Source: Acidimicrobiia bacterium
GTDB taxonomy: Bacteria > Actinomycetota > Acidimicrobiia > Spongiisociales > Spongiisociaceae
Length of the DNA: 64,000 nt
NCBI GenBank assembly: GCA_009841075.1
Contig: VXMP01000003.1
Span: 2,023-66,022, forward strand
Direction of reading: 5' to 3'
Positions 61,529-64,000 of this stretch are shown piece after piece; positions within the stretch are counted from its first letter, which is position 1, and every line of letters begins with the position of its first letter. The position numbers and the translations under genes are program-made. Below the pieces are notes generated by a model. The model was not told the DNA's origin. It was given only the letters and a program-made list of their open reading frames with translations, and ran no database searches.

Positions 61529-63274
61529 TTAAATTCTTACTACCGGTAGGGTGACTTTGGTGGGGTAGGAGCGGTTGTGTAGGACGGTTTGGGTGGCGGG
61601 GGTTGCGTCTAAGGGGCCTTCGGTTAGGGGCTTGGCATCGGTGTTTAGGTTTCTGTCCCACTGTGGGAAGTCGGAGCTTGCGATGTTGAGCCTAAGTCTT
61701 GATCCGGCACCTACCCGGGCTCCTACCGGGCCTAGTTCGATCTTGAACTCGTAGACCTTCCCAGGGGTAAGCAGGCGGGGTTCCGACAGGGATTCCCGAT
61801 AGCGAGCCCGGATGATTCCTTCCTGCAGGTTTACGGAGGTACCGGATTCGTCTACCACGCAGAGTCGGGCGCAGAAGTCCGTGTCGGGGGCGGTGGTGGC
61901 GGCGTAAAGGGTCACCTCCACGTCTCCGATCAACTCGATGTCCGCCTCCAGCGGATCGGAGGTGTAGACCAGCACCATTCGGGAGACCTCGGCCTGGTGC
62001 TGGTCGGCGGGACCCATCGGGGTGATGCTGTCGAAACAGCAGGAGTGGCCCCCCATAGAAGGAACCGGCACCCCGGGTTCGTTGATGAAAATATCCGGCG
62101 GTTCATCACCGGGTGCGGAGCGATCCAGGGTTCCGTCCCCGAACTTGGAGTTGGCGCTCCCGTTTGAGTGGATAAACCAATCCTCCAAGACAGCTTCTGG
62201 AGGAGGCCAGGAGTCGAACTCCCGCCAATCTCCGTCCAAGGTGAAGACAGTAACCCGTTTATCCAGCACCCCGGTTTCCCGACCTTTCAGGGTCTGATCG
62301 AACCATCTGATCAGCCAGTCGTCGATCTCCATGGTGGAGGGACCCTCCGACCCGAGTCTGCTGACCGGCGTCCAAGGCATATGAGCCCACGGACCAACCA
62401 GAAGTTTCTGATTGTCCCTGGTGCTCTGATCGTGACCCTCAGAGGAAAGCCCCACGAAGTTCTTGACCGTGCCGGTGAGAAACACGTCATACCAACCGGC
62501 CACATGCAGGCCAGGAACCCTGATCCGGCTGTAGTCCTCGTCGATGCTCCATCTCCTCCAATAATCGTCGTAGGAGCAGTGTTCGACCCAGTCTTTGAAA
62601 TAGGGGACATAGTCGGTCTGAAGCGGCGGGTAATCGGCCACCGGCAGGGTGTGATACCAGTTGGGGGCGTTGCCCAGGGCGGCGGACAAGCCGATATATG
62701 CTTCCAGATCACCGGCCCGCTGGGCGGTTTCCAGCCCCAACAAGGTAGCCCAATAGCCGATGAAGGCCAAGGAAAAGGCCCCTCCGTTATAGGTCCAGCC
62801 GTCGTAATACTGGGAGGCGGTGAAAGCCGGGGTAATAGAGGCCAGCGAGGGAGGTGCCATTACCGCCGCCAGCAGCTGGGTGGCACCCACATAGGAGAAG
62901 CCGGTCATCCCTACCCGACCGTTCGAACCGGGTAGTCGGGCCGCCCACTCCACCGAGTCGTACCCGTCGGTCAGCTCGTTCTTATACGGGTAGAAATTAC
63001 CCTCCGACGCGTACCTTCCCCGACAGTCCTGCACCACCACCATGTAGCCCTGAGCGGCAAACCAGGCCGGATGGGCACTGCCAAAGGTGGGAACACCCGA
63101 CCGTTTGTCGTAGATGGTACGGGTCAGCAGAACCGGCAGTTCGGCCTGGGGTCGAGGGCGATACACATCGGCCCGTAGCCGGATTCCGTCCCGCATAACG
63201 GCTTCCACGTCCCGCTCCACGGTTACGTCAAGGCCAGGAAACTCCATCACCGGTGCCTGATGATTTCGAGCCAA
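61529..63274 (-). CDS. CocE/NonD-family hydrolase (X-Pro dipeptidyl-peptidase S15 family)
   Basis: 581 aa. VLLTRTIYDKR and GYMVVVQDCRGRYASEG, with a C-terminal beta-sandwich-type tail. Confidence 0.85.
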   Translation of the reverse strand: MARNHQAPVMEFPGLDVTVERDVEAVMRDGIRLRADVYRPRPQAELPVLLTRTIYDKRSGVPTFGSAHPAWFAAQGYMVVVQDCRGRYASEGNFYPYKNELTDGYDSVEWAARLPGSNGRVGMTGFSYVGATQLLAAVMAPPSLASITPAFTASQYYDGWTYNGGAFSLAFIGYWATLLGLETAQRAGDLEAYIGLSAALGNAPNWYHTLPVADYPPLQTDYVPYFKDWVEHCSYDDYWRRWSIDEDYSRIRVPGLHVAGWYDVFLTGTVKNFVGLSSEGHDQSTRDNQKLLVGPWAHMPWTPVSRLGSEGPSTMEIDDWLIRWFDQTLKGRETGVLDKRVTVFTLDGDWREFDSWPPPEAVLEDWFIHSNGSANSKFGDGTLDRSAPGDEPPDIFINEPGVPVPSMGGHSCCFDSITPMGPADQHQAEVSRMVLVYTSDPLEADIELIGDVEVTLYAATTAPDTDFCARLCVVDESGTSVNLQEGIIRARYRESLSEPRLLTPGKVYEFKIELGPVGARVGAGSRLRLNIASSDFPQWDRNLNTDAKPLTEGPLDATPATQTVLHNRSYPTKVTLPVVRI

Positions 63275-63371
63275 TCCGACCTCCTGTATAGAGCGTCTCG
63301 GAGCCGCCCCCCTATGCTACTTGATTAGCATTTCCGCGGAAGGTTCGGCTCTTTTAGTCCAGGAGGCATCA

Positions 63372-63944
63372 ATGAGCGAGTTCAGGCAGGACACCTATTA
63401 CGAGGAGGGCTCCGATGCGGGCGGGATGCCCACCGCCCACATAGAGGAGTTCCTGGGCAGTCCCGACAGCACCTGGCTGTTGAAACTGGCCTTCCTGAAA
63501 GAGGACGGCTGGCCGATGGTGGTGCCGCTCTGGTACCAGTGGGACGGTGAAGCCTTCTACGTGGTGGGGCGCAAACGATCCCAATGGGTGCACGACCTGA
63601 AACGCAACCCGCAATGCGCGGTCTGTATAGAGGAGCCGGCCCATCCTCGCATCCGCAAGGTCTTGGCCCAGTGCACCGCCGAAATCGTGGAAGGACCGGC
63701 CAAGGGTGAAGGTTCCCAATGGGTTCCGGTGGCCGATGAGATGGCTACCCGCTACACCGGCCCCTCAGGCCCGGAACAGCTGAAGGCGTCCTGGGATTGG
63801 GATCGCTATCTGGTGCGCCTGGTGCCACGCAACGGCAAGCTGACCACCTGGCAGGGAGCGGATTGGGCGCTCCGTTATTTCGACTCCGGCCAGCGCCCCG
63901 ACCTGGAGGAAAAAGCCCGAAAGCGGGAAGCCGGATCCGGGTGA
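63372..63944 (+). CDS. Pyridoxamine 5'-phosphate oxidase-fold (PPOX/F420- or FMN-binding) family protein
   Basis: AGGAGG lies 5 nt upstream of ATG 63372. LAFLKEDGWPMVVPLWYQWDGEAFYVVGRKRSQWVHDLKRNPQCAV fits the split-barrel PNPOx-like pattern. Confidence 0.7.
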   Translation: MSEFRQDTYYEEGSDAGGMPTAHIEEFLGSPDSTWLLKLAFLKEDGWPMVVPLWYQWDGEAFYVVGRKRSQWVHDLKRNPQCAVCIEEPAHPRIRKVLAQCTAEIVEGPAKGEGSQWVPVADEMATRYTGPSGPEQLKASWDWDRYLVRLVPRNGKLTTWQGADWALRYFDSGQRPDLEEKARKREAGSG

Positions 63945-64000
63945 ACCGTCTAGCGGATAGGGCCGTCTCCCTCCCCCGCTCTGAGATAAGGGTTCTCTTC

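Noticed and set aside
1-64000. Search for CRISPR arrays, tRNA/rRNA/tmRNA/RNase P/SRP RNA, transposases and integrases
   Set aside because: No regularly spaced repeats, no T-arm/acceptor-like motifs and no conserved RNase P/SRP/tmRNA boxes were found by eye. No DDE or tyrosine/serine recombinase motifs appear in any ORF. A proper tRNAscan/Infernal run is still needed.

Overview
High-GC bacterial chromosomal segment with about 55 protein-coding genes. I found no rRNA, tRNA, CRISPR array, transposase or integrase by eye. The AdnA/AdnB helicase-nuclease pair, a split DipZ-like CcdA/thioredoxin pair and SLH-type anchoring suggest an Actinomycetota-like or other Terrabacteria lineage; this cannot be proven from sequence alone.

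Main blocks:
- (1) 1-5.5 kb: housekeeping genes (tatD, rsmI, SDR, EthD) plus two secreted proteins of unknown function.
- (2) 7.4-22.3 kb: a large cell-envelope glycopolymer cluster. It holds GT2 enzymes, two paralogous GT-C enzymes, a polyprenyl-phosphate sugar synthase, a CsaB-like pyruvyltransferase, a UDP-GlcNAc 2-epimerase, a TagGH-like ABC exporter and a SpoIID protein with three SLH-like repeats. I read this as a pyruvylated secondary-cell-wall-polymer / SLH anchoring locus.
- (3) 22-27.7 kb: tkt, a DsbB-like/thioredoxin-like pair and an acyl-CoA ligase.
- (4) 32-42.4 kb: RecB-family nuclease, GDH, DUF1015 and adnAB.
- (5) 43.6-52.5 kb: CcdA/thioredoxin pair, two hydrolases and a peptide ABC operon with a duplicated DppB-type permease.
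- (6) 52.6-56.5 and 61.5-64 kb: assorted hydrolases.

Four visibly AT-richer islets interrupt this backbone, and each carries DNA-modification or defence genes:
- 5.5-7.3 kb: a decayed R-M pair, with an in-frame amber in the MTase and a frameshifted HNH REase.
- 27.9-30.1 kb: an intact type II R-M pair.
- 42.4-43.5 kb: a frameshifted orphan Dam-family MTase.
- 56.5-61.5 kb: a defence islet. It contains a TM coiled-coil protein, a PIN toxin-antitoxin pair, a second antitoxin copy with a 9-codon toxin stub, a small uncharacterised protein, and a DUF262+DUF1524+AlbA_2 three-domain nuclease.

The last islet is my best candidate for an undescribed system. All domain calls rest on motifs read from the translations. 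No database search was possible.
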